From the NCBI GenBank assembly GCA_965218425.1, contig OZ244621.1, positions 1,920,001 to 1,984,000 of the forward strand: 64,000 bases of DNA. The letters run 5' to 3'. How positions within the stretch are numbered: position 1 is the stretch's first letter; every line of letters begins with the position of its first letter. A program made the translations under genes and the position numbers. The DNA is from an uncultured Candidatus Binatia bacterium. Its GTDB lineage: Bacteria > Desulfobacterota > Binatia > UBA9968 > CAXXLF01. The notes beneath the pieces are model-generated. The model had not been told where the DNA came from and ran no database searches. It saw only the letters and a list, made by a program, of their open reading frames with translations. This document shows, piece after piece, positions 9,530 to 18,841 of this stretch.

Positions 9530-10366
9530 TCAAGGTCTGACCCCTACATCAAATTCTCGTCGGATCGTCGCGAGTACATCTCCGAAGGTTTCTTTTATCT
9601 TGCCTTTCGAGAAACGAAGCTGGTGAATGCCTGCAATGTTTGAGAAATCTTCCACGCCCTCCTCCAACAAGACAATCGCACGAGAAAACCCAAGGCAACC
9701 CTGAAAAAGCCCTGTTTCATGGACGACGTTCTGTCTAGCGCGATAAATGTTGTCGCCAACGGGGTCATCACACGTTAATACAAGCAAAGCAAACGCGCTC
9801 GTAGACATCATTTTCTGAATAATGTCTCTGATTGTATGTCCCGCACGGGCGCCAGTTTCATATGCCTGCACTGGGTAGCCGTGTTGCTCATGCAAATGGT
9901 CCTTTAGGTCTCTCCATGCTGCGCTATGCCCGTGGCCGATAAAAATAGTCGGAGCGATCTTTTCCTCCTCTTCCACAGGCTCTGGCAACCGCGAATCTAT
10001 AACGTACCTTTCAAATACCTCGAAAACGCTTTCGATTTGTTCTCGACTTGGCGCTGATACGGATACTTGCGTCCCATCTCTGTAGCTATACATGTTCAGA
10101 TGGAGGCTAAACCGACTTCTCGTGTTATTCACAGAGGCAGTCCCCCGTCTAACCATATATGCTCCGGTCGCTTGTCGATAAGCTGAAAGAAACTCGCTCA
10201 GATTTTCATACCCCCAATCCTGATCAGGAAAATACACCTGCAGGACACCTTCATTCGTATCAACCGCTCCACCAGCGGCAGCGATAACATTCTCGAACAC
10301 GGTAATGGCCTCTCGCAGAACGTCGGCACTGAAATGTGTGCGTTGGTACTCCTTTGTCTTGTTCAT
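9530..10366 (-). CDS. TIR-like (CAP12/Pycsar-effector-type) nucleotide-binding domain protein with unknown N-terminal domain
   Basis: IFIGHGHS..WRDLKDHL, FALLVLTCDD, RARQNVVHETGLFQG.LGF.RAIVLLEEG.E.FSNI.G; RBS AAAGGAG before ATG at 10366. Confidence 0.88.
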   Translation of the reverse strand: MNKTKEYQRTHFSADVLREAITVFENVIAAAGGAVDTNEGVLQVYFPDQDWGYENLSEFLSAYRQATGAYMVRRGTASVNNTRSRFSLHLNMYSYRDGTQVSVSAPSREQIESVFEVFERYVIDSRLPEPVEEEEKIAPTIFIGHGHSAAWRDLKDHLHEQHGYPVQAYETGARAGHTIRDIIQKMMSTSAFALLVLTCDDPVGDNIYRARQNVVHETGLFQGCLGFSRAIVLLEEGVEDFSNIAGIHQLRFSKGKIKETFGDVLATIRREFDVGVRP

Positions 10367-10480
10367 GTCGTCTCCTTTAAATTTGTTCAAAACACATATA
10401 TGCGGCGGTTTGAGGATATGACTCCGATTTCCTGTGCCCGAAATTCACTTAATACATTGATTTAATTTATATCATTTCTA

Positions 10481-10787
10481 GGGGCCGGGGTCAGGTAACA
10501 TGAAAATGGGCATTGTCAGACTAACTGGATAGGACCTGAAAAACCTACAATCGAGGACTCTCAGGATTCGAGTTGACGCCACCCGGCCGGGGCGGTGGCT
10601 CGGTCTTGTTTGAAAATGTCGCTATGACGCAATTCTTTCTCGTCAATGGCATTTACCAGGGCGTATCGCTTGTGATGGTCTAACCCGATGTAAAGCATGG
10701 GGTCTTTTCCTTTCAGGTCAGGTTTGATGGCTGTTACAACCGCCACCCTGCCGGAGCTTGACGCCTTTGTCTTTGTTGCCTGGCCCC
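10481..10787. mobile_element. MITE-like island repeat copy B carrying an IS110 transposase N-terminal stub
   Basis: Left end GGGGTCAGGTAACATGAAAA (10487); right end TGTTGCCTGGCCCC (10787); minus strand from ATG at 10698 reads MLYIGLDHHKRYALVNAIDEK. Confidence 0.8.
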
Positions 10788-11052
10788 CATTTCAGGTAAT
10801 TTGGAGTGAAGAGTCACGGTGCGGCGGGCCGGGCGTGCCACGGGATTCAATTAAAGCGTGGGGCGGATAGAAGATTTCGGAGGCGGCTGGAAAATCCGGA
10901 AGATGTTATTTGTCAACAAAAGATTTGAACCCTTTATATGGCCCCCTAACAATTGCTTACCGTAATAAAAACTCCTTGACCGCGCCCATGCAGATGTTCT
11001 TAACTGGAAAATAGCGAGTCAATCTTGAGATTAAGCGAGAGGCGCTTGGCTG

Positions 11053-12465
11053 ATGGCTTACTACACACCACCACGGGATCCGGAAGGCACACTGATCGTG
11101 GAGATTCGATCGCCGACCATCACGGAAGTCTTCTTCATTCCCGATGACGAACGTCTTAAGGCGGCAGATATCGACCCGGCTGAAGGCGCAAACCACCGGG
11201 TCCGACTGCTAACATTTAGTGCAGTTGACGGATTGATCACGATCGAACCTAAAAACACGCTTCCCGGACATGCTGACTTTTTGCGGCCCAAATACAGTCA
11301 GATAGAGCGCATTCGCATAGAGAAATCCGGCGGAGCCTTCGATTCTGGCGAAGGCTCGCCGGAAACGGTTGAGGATGTTTGCGAAGCTCTTTCTAACCTT
11401 CCGTCCGCATTTACAAAGAACCCCGATTACGGCTTAGGTCTGGCCAAGGACTACCGCTTCATCATCGATGCGGTTGAAAAGCTGTCGGATTGTACCGTGC
11501 TGGACATCACCAGCGACTGGGAAACGCGGATCGATACTGACGAAGGCGTCTTTTACATATCCGAGCGGGATTTCGACGATCTTCGCAGGACGATCAATAG
11601 CATTACCAATCTTGGACAGACCGCAGCGTCGTCCGTAAAGACGGCCACGGCCCACAACAAGCTTGCGGAAAAAGTCGGTGCGCCGACCATCGAGGTGAAT
11701 TCCGGACGCCATCCAGTGCGCCAGATGATCACGGCTAAAGCAATGGACCGAGAAGTCCTGGAAGAAGATGAGCAGAACGCCGTGATTCATATGCTCTCGC
11801 AGTCGGCGAAAGCGCTGAGCAAAAAGCAGACCGATAAACTCACCAAACTACAAGGCGACATTGAACTCGTTACTCTCGATGCTTTGATCGATCGATTTGA
11901 GGAGATGCTTGGCAAGAAGGTCGCGGAGGATCGTTGGCAAGAGTTTTTCAACGAAAACCCGTTTATTCTGAACATGGCCTTCGGCTATCCCGTCACAAAG
12001 GTTCAGGATCAAGCCTCTGTCGGGGGCCGCAAGCTTTCCGGCGCCGGGGAAAAGATCATTGACTTCCTTGTCAAAAACAGCTTGACAAACAACACTGCTA
12101 TTTTTGAGATCAAAACACCACACACACAAGTATTGAACAAGCTCCCGTTCCGCAACGGAGTCTATACGCCTTCGTCTGATCTGTCTGGTTCTATAAATCA
12201 GGCTCTGGACTACAAGCACCAGTTCCAGAAGCAAGTAGCGGCAATCAAAGACAATTCACAGCTCTACGACATCGAATCCTATGCCGTTCACTGCTGTCTG
12301 ATTATCGGGCAAACGCCGGACGGTGACGATCAGAAGAAATCGTTTGAGCTGTTCCGACGCAATTCCAAAGATGTCGAGATCATCACGTTTGACGAGCTAC
12401 TCGGAAAACTGAAGCAGCTCCGCTCATTCATTGCTGCAGAAGACGGGGATATGTCGGAATGCTGA
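11053..12465 (+). CDS. sduA: Shedu anti-phage nuclease (DUF4263)
   Basis: EDRWQEFFNENPFIL, IIDFLVKN, IFEIKTP, LSGSINQALDYK, LIIGQ, SFELFRRN..DVEIITFDELL. Confidence 0.88.
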   Translation: MAYYTPPRDPEGTLIVEIRSPTITEVFFIPDDERLKAADIDPAEGANHRVRLLTFSAVDGLITIEPKNTLPGHADFLRPKYSQIERIRIEKSGGAFDSGEGSPETVEDVCEALSNLPSAFTKNPDYGLGLAKDYRFIIDAVEKLSDCTVLDITSDWETRIDTDEGVFYISERDFDDLRRTINSITNLGQTAASSVKTATAHNKLAEKVGAPTIEVNSGRHPVRQMITAKAMDREVLEEDEQNAVIHMLSQSAKALSKKQTDKLTKLQGDIELVTLDALIDRFEEMLGKKVAEDRWQEFFNENPFILNMAFGYPVTKVQDQASVGGRKLSGAGEKIIDFLVKNSLTNNTAIFEIKTPHTQVLNKLPFRNGVYTPSSDLSGSINQALDYKHQFQKQVAAIKDNSQLYDIESYAVHCCLIIGQTPDGDDQKKSFELFRRNSKDVEIITFDELLGKLKQLRSFIAAEDGDMSEC

Positions 12466-12536
12466 GTGGATTTTTCGGTGGGGCAGATCAGAACTCTCCA
12501 AACAACCAGGACCAATACGGAACGGGTGTCATGCCC

Positions 12537-12722
12537 GCCTTCTTGCTATTTGGGTTTTCTTCCCTTTCGGATTCCAGTTTGTATTGTACCAATTCTCTTT
12601 TGGAATGTCCTGTCCATCTGGACGCGGTCCACCAAAGCATAGGGTCTTCTCCTTTCAGGTTTGATGGCCGCTACAACCACCATCCTGCTGAGCTTGCCCC
12701 CTTTTTTATGTTACCTGACCCC
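12537..12722 (-). repeat. Island repeat copy C (full: end + leader + promoter module)
   Basis: Ends TTATGTTACCTGACCCC at 12722; colinear with copies H and I. Confidence 0.92.
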
Positions 12723-12799
12723 GGTTCCAAATTCGGATCTCCGCGGCCGAGCGCAAGTGGCAGTCGGTCTAGCCCGTTTCGTTGATTGCCAACGATCTA

Positions 12800-13336
12800 T
12801 CACCCCTTTGCGTTCTTCCCGGCTGCAGCTGCCTTGCGTCCCTGCTGCGTGATCTTCCACTCCAATCCCGTATCGCTGTCGAGAAGACCTTCCTTCACCA
12901 TGTGTTTCCGAGCTCTGCGAATCATAACCTGCCAGCGCGCTCTGCCGTGGGCCATGATGCTCAGGTCGCCTTCAACAATACGATCCTTCATCAGGAGTTC
13001 GACTGCTGGCTCAATTTCAGCGATTCTGGCAGCCCCGTCGAAATCTACGAGGGACTGAAGGATCGGCTGGTAGTACTCCCAGAGCGGCGTTTGCGGCGCC
13101 TTGGCGGTACCTTGAGATCCGCCTTTGATCTCCTTCCAGCGCGTGTGGAGGCTCGCAACATCGACGCGGAATGTATCGACGGACTTCGCGACTTCAACGA
13201 GCGACTCAGCGCGCGCGTAGCTGCCCTTGGAGAGCAACATTCCTGCCTCCTGATTGACCCGGGCCAGACACTCCTTGAGACTTTTCTTGAGGCCCCCAAA
13301 CGATTTGCTGACGTTCGCTCCGCCGGGAACCTTCAT
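12800..13336 (-). CDS. Mrr N-terminal-like winged-helix protein without a nuclease domain
   Basis: YYQPILQSL..GAARI.EI...RW...IRRARKHMVKEGLL......WKITQQGR resembles Mrr_N; ATGA overlap with the upstream gene. Confidence 0.72.
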   Translation of the reverse strand: MKVPGGANVSKSFGGLKKSLKECLARVNQEAGMLLSKGSYARAESLVEVAKSVDTFRVDVASLHTRWKEIKGGSQGTAKAPQTPLWEYYQPILQSLVDFDGAARIAEIEPAVELLMKDRIVEGDLSIMAHGRARWQVMIRRARKHMVKEGLLDSDTGLEWKITQQGRKAAAAGKNAKG

Positions 13337-14973
13337 GGTCTCCTCCCTGAGCCTGATTCCTGCATCATATCTATGACGTTAATGGGTCCTGTGAAAACCT
13401 GAACGCCACCCGAACTCCTTCCTGTTCTGAAGACCTCCACCCAGAAATCTCGATTCTGCTTGGCACCGAAAACCGTGTTGCTGAGATTCTTGTCGATCCA
13501 CGCCGGCAGACCTGACAGACGGCGGAGAAAGGTCTCGACCCGGGCCCACACGTCTTCCGGAAACCGGTACTGCATCAACCGGTCCTTTTCGATCTGTTTG
13601 CCGGTCACAGCGAAATAGTGTTCGACCACGAGCCGGACGTATTTCATGGTCGTTGCTAGAATCTCCTCACGCGTAACGCGCCACGCCCGAAGGTGTTCCT
13701 CGGCGATGATTTCCCCTTTCTGGAGGCGGGCTTCCAGACGCCATCCGCCCAGGTCGGGATCCCACTGACCCACGAAGAAAATGTCAGCGTACAGACTCAT
13801 CAGCCGGACCAACTGGTCCCGCTCGATCATTCGCGGATTGTCTCCACGGTCCATGCCGAATGCGATCGGCTTGTCGAGTGCGTACTTGTAAAGGAATTCC
13901 GCGAAGAATGTTCGTTCCAGGGCCGTGTAAGCGAGCGGCCTATCTCCCTTCTTGCCAGCCCATTCCACATACTCCTTGAGGCGATTGTCCCGGTGGTAGT
14001 TCACCGAGTCCCGCACCCAGTCAACGATGTATTTCTGTACCTCTCTGTGCTCGCCGCGGAAGAACGCTACGAGGTCCGTCTCGCTGAAAGAATAGTCGTC
14101 ATCCGGGAGTCCCTTGAGCTCCTGGTACTGCTTGACCCGCTCGGCGTACAGGGTGCTGCCGAGGTGTCGCATGACCGCTGTGTCGAACGCAACCTGCCTC
14201 AGCTTGTCACCGGCGTTGGTGTTTGCCTGGAGCAGGACGTTGAGATCTGGTCCGACGAACACGCGCACCGGAAGCTTTCGGCTGCCAATGAGAATCTGGG
14301 CCGCTGCTTTGTGTTGTCCGTCAAACATCTTGATCTTTCCGGTGCCGTCCTCTTCTGGTGTCCACCATGCCAAGCCGACGTGCAGTTGGGGACGCTGCCG
14401 CAGAAACTCCACGATCAGCGGGCGGATGTTGCTCCCAATGGAACGCGGGTTGATACGGTCGTCGTGATGGATGTACTCCAGCGGAAACACGCTGAAGAAG
14501 TACCACATGTCGCACAGGGAATCTTGATACAGGGGAACACTCTGGATCGTTTCGTCACCGGCGGCCGACAGAGTGAATTCGATCCGGCCGCCTGACTTCT
14601 GGAGTCGAATGGCAGCCTTGGCCCCGCCATGCTTAGCAAGCACGTGTCCCAGGTTTGCTCCGCGTTCGCCACGCTCAAGAGCCTGCTGCTGGAGCTCCTC
14701 GAATTCCGCCATGCGGCGGGCCACTCGCAGGTCGGACGCGCCCTTGCTCCGATTGCAACTCGCATGAGTCAGAGCGAAGTTGTGTTCGTCGTCTGCTCCT
14801 TGCTCGGCCAGCGGGACGATATGGTCAACATCGAGTTGATCCTGGTGGAGTACAGGATCGATAGTGTCATCACAAATGAAGCATTTTCTGGACTGCTGTT
14901 CGAGCAGGCGACCTTCAAGCGCAGTGCGTTCCTCTAGTGTCAGGTTTGCCAAATACTCAGAGTGTATAGCCAT
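13333..14973 (-). CDS. HNH endonuclease fused to DGQH (ParB/DndB-like) domain
   Basis: CFIC..LDVDHIVPL..GADDEHNFALTHASCNRSKG at the N-terminus; KMFDGQHKAAAQIL centrally; start at 14973 or 14988. Confidence 0.8.
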   Translation of the reverse strand: MAIHSEYLANLTLEERTALEGRLLEQQSRKCFICDDTIDPVLHQDQLDVDHIVPLAEQGADDEHNFALTHASCNRSKGASDLRVARRMAEFEELQQQALERGERGANLGHVLAKHGGAKAAIRLQKSGGRIEFTLSAAGDETIQSVPLYQDSLCDMWYFFSVFPLEYIHHDDRINPRSIGSNIRPLIVEFLRQRPQLHVGLAWWTPEEDGTGKIKMFDGQHKAAAQILIGSRKLPVRVFVGPDLNVLLQANTNAGDKLRQVAFDTAVMRHLGSTLYAERVKQYQELKGLPDDDYSFSETDLVAFFRGEHREVQKYIVDWVRDSVNYHRDNRLKEYVEWAGKKGDRPLAYTALERTFFAEFLYKYALDKPIAFGMDRGDNPRMIERDQLVRLMSLYADIFFVGQWDPDLGGWRLEARLQKGEIIAEEHLRAWRVTREEILATTMKYVRLVVEHYFAVTGKQIEKDRLMQYRFPEDVWARVETFLRRLSGLPAWIDKNLSNTVFGAKQNRDFWVEVFRTGRSSGGVQVFTGPINVIDMMQESGSGRRP

Positions 14974-15035
14974 GTCGTCCCCCCCCATGACCGTCTATGA
15001 AATCTGACAAAGCACGCACTCTAGCTGCCAACACT

Positions 15036-15338
15036 GGGGTCACGTCTTTATCTTGTATCACGTATCACTCCTTTTTTGCCAACCGGCTGGCCGTAAAATA
15101 GTGCAGGCCCGGATAATCGGCTGCCTCTCTCTGGCCGTATCCGTCACCATCCACCGCACAGCCAATCAAACTGTCTCCCTCAGCCTTACCGAGCTTGCCT
15201 AATCGTCATCGAAGATATCCCCTCGGGCATTGCCGCAAGAAGTTATATGGTAAAGCGCTCCATCGAATTTAACTCTGAGAGGTCGGCCGTGACCAGGGAA
15301 ATGATCAAAACACCTTATCGACCACACAAGACGTGCCC
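15036..15338. mobile_element. Possible deleted derivative of a GGGGTCA-ended Y1/RAYT-like element
   Basis: GGGGTCACGTCTT at 15036 and inverted CAAGACGTGCCC at 15327-15338; a better copy CAAGACGTGACCCC lies at 18759-18772. Confidence 0.5.
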
Positions 15339-15385
15339 TTTTCTACTCGGGATGGTCGCGTTCTAATGAAGGGGGGATTCATGAG

Positions 15386-15656
15386 GCGCTGCCCGCCCCG
15401 ATTTAACGCCCCTTTCAGGGGCTTTGCATGGGCGATTTACGGGTCGTTTCGCCTTGGAGTTTCTCGGATTTTCCAGACCATTTTCAATTATTATTGATCC
15501 GCTACGCCGACGAGTACCTCGTCGATGGCATTTAGCCGGGCAGATCGTTTGTGATAGTCTAACCCGAAAGCATGGGGTCTTCTCCTGTCAGGTTTGACGG
15601 CCGCTACAACCACCATCCTGCTGGAGCTTGCCCCCTTTTTCATGTTATCCGACACC
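15386..15656 (-). repeat. Island repeat copy D (degenerate end + leader + IS110 stub + module Y)
   Basis: Inverted counterpart of 18322-18512 and 21394-21543. Confidence 0.88.
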
Positions 15657-15818
15657 GGTTACAAGATCGGACCTAGGACGATCTGGCTCGCAGCACCGGC
15701 GCGCGCCCATGTTGAAGTCACAACAGCTGGCTTTATCCCCCGGGCAGTTTGACAGGGACTCAGCATAGAATTGTTCAAACTGTTGTGGTAGTTCTCTTGA
15801 AACTTGGGAGGTGTTGCC

Positions 15819-16229
15819 ATGCTCGACTCGCTTAGCTTGAAGAGCGTTTTTGTTTTATTTTCGTCTTTTCTGCTCTTTGGGTGCGTATCCGCGCCCCAGC
15901 CTGTGACAGATAGGAATTCCAACCTGACCCAAGGGAATATCCAACTGAATTTAGAAGTAGGTAGAACCACAAAAGCTCAAGTGCTGGAGAAATTTGGTTC
16001 TCCAAACATCACAACTAGAGATGGAAGTGGTCGTGAAGTTTGGACATATCAAAGAAGCGCACAAGTGTCTCAGTCATCATCGCAATCCGGTTATTGGTCA
16101 ATCCTGATTGCTGGTCAATCCGCTGGAAGTTCCGGATTTGAGTCTACATCTCGGATGATTACGTTGATCATCAAGTTTGACAGCAACGATGTGGTTGTCG
16201 ATTTCAAGAGCAGAACCTCGAACTTCTAA
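15819..16229 (+). CDS. Lipoprotein, SmpA/BamE-like
   Basis: Lipobox LLFGC; GRTTKAQVLEKFGSP...GREVWTY...LIIKFDSNDVV. Confidence 0.8.
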   Translation: MLDSLSLKSVFVLFSSFLLFGCVSAPQPVTDRNSNLTQGNIQLNLEVGRTTKAQVLEKFGSPNITTRDGSGREVWTYQRSAQVSQSSSQSGYWSILIAGQSAGSSGFESTSRMITLIIKFDSNDVVVDFKSRTSNF

Positions 16230-16239
16230 GGAGATGGTC

Positions 16240-16710
16240 ATGTCAAAAATTTATCTCCTGACCTTTGCACTTACATTGGTGTTTGTTTCCGCTTGTAGCG
16301 TACCATTGAAAGTCATGACTCCCTTGGAGATACAGAGCTTACAGACCAGAGAGTATAAAACAAGCAAGAATGTCGTGTTTTCGAGCGTAATCTCGGTGTT
16401 TCAGGATTTGGGGTACACAATCACTAATGCTGATAAGGAAACGGGGCTAATTTCGGCTGAAAGTGCTGCACAAAGTAATACGGCGACGAAGATTCTGCTT
16501 GGAATCTCAACAGTCTCGCAAACCAAGGCAACGGGATTTGTAGAGAAAATCGGCAACGTTACCAGGGTAAGGCTGAATTTTGTCGAGATTAACCAAACTT
16601 CATCCATTTATGGACAAAGTGATAGGCAAGACACTCCGATTTTGGATGCAGTGCTTTATCAAAATGCATTTGAAAAAATAGAAGCTGCAATCTTTTTGCG
16701 TTCTAGTTGA
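16240..16710 (+). CDS. Hypothetical lipoprotein
   Basis: Lipobox VSAC; LEIQSLQTREY...VFQDLGYTI..ADKETGLI; RBS AAGGAG. Confidence 0.75.
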   Translation: MSKIYLLTFALTLVFVSACSVPLKVMTPLEIQSLQTREYKTSKNVVFSSVISVFQDLGYTITNADKETGLISAESAAQSNTATKILLGISTVSQTKATGFVEKIGNVTRVRLNFVEINQTSSIYGQSDRQDTPILDAVLYQNAFEKIEAAIFLRSS

Positions 16711-16798
16711 AATCAACGATGTCAATTTCCAGCCGCCTCCGAAATCTTCTATCCGCCTCACGCTTTAAGTGAATCCCGTGGGGCCGGTATCGGGCACA

Positions 16799-16897
16799 CC
16801 TTCTTGCTATTCTGGGTTCCCTCCCCTTTCGGATTCCGGCTTGTATCGTGCCAATTCTCTTGTGTAAATTCCTGTCCATTTGGACGCGGTGTTCCAA
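16799..16897 (-). repeat. Island repeat copy E (promoter module only, degenerate)
   Basis: CCTTCTTGCTATTCTGGG...TTTCGGATTCCGGCTTGTAT...TGGACGCGGTGTTCCAA matches copy A. Confidence 0.85.
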
Positions 16898-17211
16898 CCA
16901 GCCCAACCCACGGCTCATCGTTCCGGCAACACGACTGAAATGTCGGGCAACCTCATCGGATTGGCAGCCCTTGAAGGATCGAAAGGTAACGTTTCCGGTC
17001 ATCGTCATCGCGGAGGATGAGCCGGCCTAGGTTGCCCCGACTGACCTGCCTTGTCGGCAGACAGGTGGCGCGATAAAGGGCACCGGGAAAATGGACGCGG
17101 GGGTTTCTTGCCACGTCGTGTCTGTGTCATTGAGCGCATCAAATAGCAAAGGGGAAAGCCTGACCCGCATTACGAAGTAGTCAAAAATCAGGGGTGAGAG
17201 GAGCCACCCAA

Positions 17212-18291
17212 CTATTCTCGTCGAAGCAACAACCGCATGCCGACCGGAAAATGGTCAGACACACCGCGGCGACTTTTCGGATCAAAGCGGCGCGGTTCCA
17301 TGTAGCCGAGATCCTTTCCATCAGTCATCACCTGCTCCTGACTCACTACCAAGGTGCTGAAGCTGCCAAGATCCGCGAACCAGTTCTTGGTTGAGGGCCG
17401 CGATGGGCTTAGATGTGCCGACACCAATATCATGTCAAGGAACGACCATGTGTGATCGAAATTCTTTCTTGACCCCGGCGCTCCGCAACCGCTCTTCACC
17501 AACGGAGATGCATGCCAATATCCCCGTTTCAGCAAACGCGCAAATGCATCGGACGGTCCTTCCTTGCAGTTGATATTAAAATCACCTGCCGCCACCGCCA
17601 AACTCTCCTTCGGCAGTTTCTTGGCAAGCTGATTGAGTTTCTTAAAAGCGCGTATCCGGCAACTGAACGGGTTTCGGCCTGACGGGAAATGGACACCGAA
17701 CACGAAGAGAGTCTCGCCGTTGGGTAGCTCCAGTCCAACCCGCACAATGTCTCTGGTCTTCCCGCAGGTTTGGCTATCGCGCTTGATGTCCACGACAAAC
17801 GCTTCCGGTTTTCCCACAATCGGGAGTTTGGTAAGAATGCCGACATCAATGCCTCGGTTGTACGGCTGATCACTGGTGTCAAGCTGCACGATATGGAAAT
17901 TTTCAGAGCTTAAATGACGGGCGGTCAGATCCTCCAATACCTGCTTGTTTTCAGTTTCCGGAATCACCAGGACATCGGGCATCAACGGCATGGCTTTGAC
18001 GACGTCGGCATAGCGCTGCAACTTCATGCCGTATGTCGCTTCATCCCAATTCAATTTCTTGCATTGTTTTTCATAGAATTTGCTGGGATTGAACTTCTCG
18101 CAACGTTGATCGTGATCCGGTCTTTGCCGCTTGACGGATAGCGGCAGGTAGGTGTCATCGTGGGGATTGCCGGCGTCATCGATGGTATCGAAAAGGTTTT
18201 CGGCGTTGAAAGCTACGATCGAGATTGGTTTTGCGTGAGAGACGGAACAAATCGAGAACCATAGAAGTACGGCCAAGGCAAATCTATCCAT
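17212..18291 (-). CDS. Secreted endonuclease/exonuclease/phosphatase (EEP) family protein
   Basis: Signal peptide from ATG 18291; FNAENLFD, RGIDVG, HFPS, GDFN, GVSDHFPV. Confidence 0.88.
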   Translation of the reverse strand: MDRFALAVLLWFSICSVSHAKPISIVAFNAENLFDTIDDAGNPHDDTYLPLSVKRQRPDHDQRCEKFNPSKFYEKQCKKLNWDEATYGMKLQRYADVVKAMPLMPDVLVIPETENKQVLEDLTARHLSSENFHIVQLDTSDQPYNRGIDVGILTKLPIVGKPEAFVVDIKRDSQTCGKTRDIVRVGLELPNGETLFVFGVHFPSGRNPFSCRIRAFKKLNQLAKKLPKESLAVAAGDFNINCKEGPSDAFARLLKRGYWHASPLVKSGCGAPGSRKNFDHTWSFLDMILVSAHLSPSRPSTKNWFADLGSFSTLVVSQEQVMTDGKDLGYMEPRRFDPKSRRGVSDHFPVGMRLLLRRE

Positions 18292-18321
18292 ATCTTTTAT
18301 CTCCGTGAATTGGTCTGTCTC

Positions 18322-18772
18322 AGGGCCGGAGTCAGGTAAAAGGAGCAGGCCCCAAGCTTTACGTCGGAATAGACTATCACAAACGATACGTCCGGCTAAA
18401 TGCCATCGACGAGGTACCCATCGGCGGAGCGGATCGGAATAATTGAGAACGGCCGGGAAAATCTGGAGCAAAACGACCCGTAAACCGCCCATGCAAAGCC
18501 CCTTAAAGGGCCGTGCAACGACCGCGCCGGCGTGGTCGTCGGCGGGCGCGGATTCAGGATTACTTGATGGCGATAGCGCACAACATCGAGCCGTCGATTG
18601 ATCATGCACGGCCAAAGCCCACAGCGGTTATGGCTGCGGCAACGAACGGGGCCACGGCCTTCCAGCAAGCAGTGGGGGTTTGAGCAAACAAACTCGGAGC
18701 GGTTATAGATCGGTTGGATCTATTGCGCTATTTAACCGACGTTTGGGCAACAATCCGACAAGACGTGACCCC
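18322..18772 (+). repeat. Composite linker: repeat copy F (end + IS110 stub + module Y), module Z, module W, TGACCCC end
   Basis: GGAGTCAGGTAA at 18328; 18566-18697 matches 25637-25766; 18699-18752 matches 475-525; TGACCCC at 18766-18772. Confidence 0.85.
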
Positions 18773-18841
18773 ATATACTTGCCGCCCCAACCCCGGAGAC
18801 GACCGACTCGGGACGCGATGCGCCTTTTTTTCTTCGTTGAG

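Noticed and set aside
18292..18615. N-terminal extension of the EEP nuclease
   Set aside because: Lies in repeat F; the signal peptide and RBS indicate a start at 18291.
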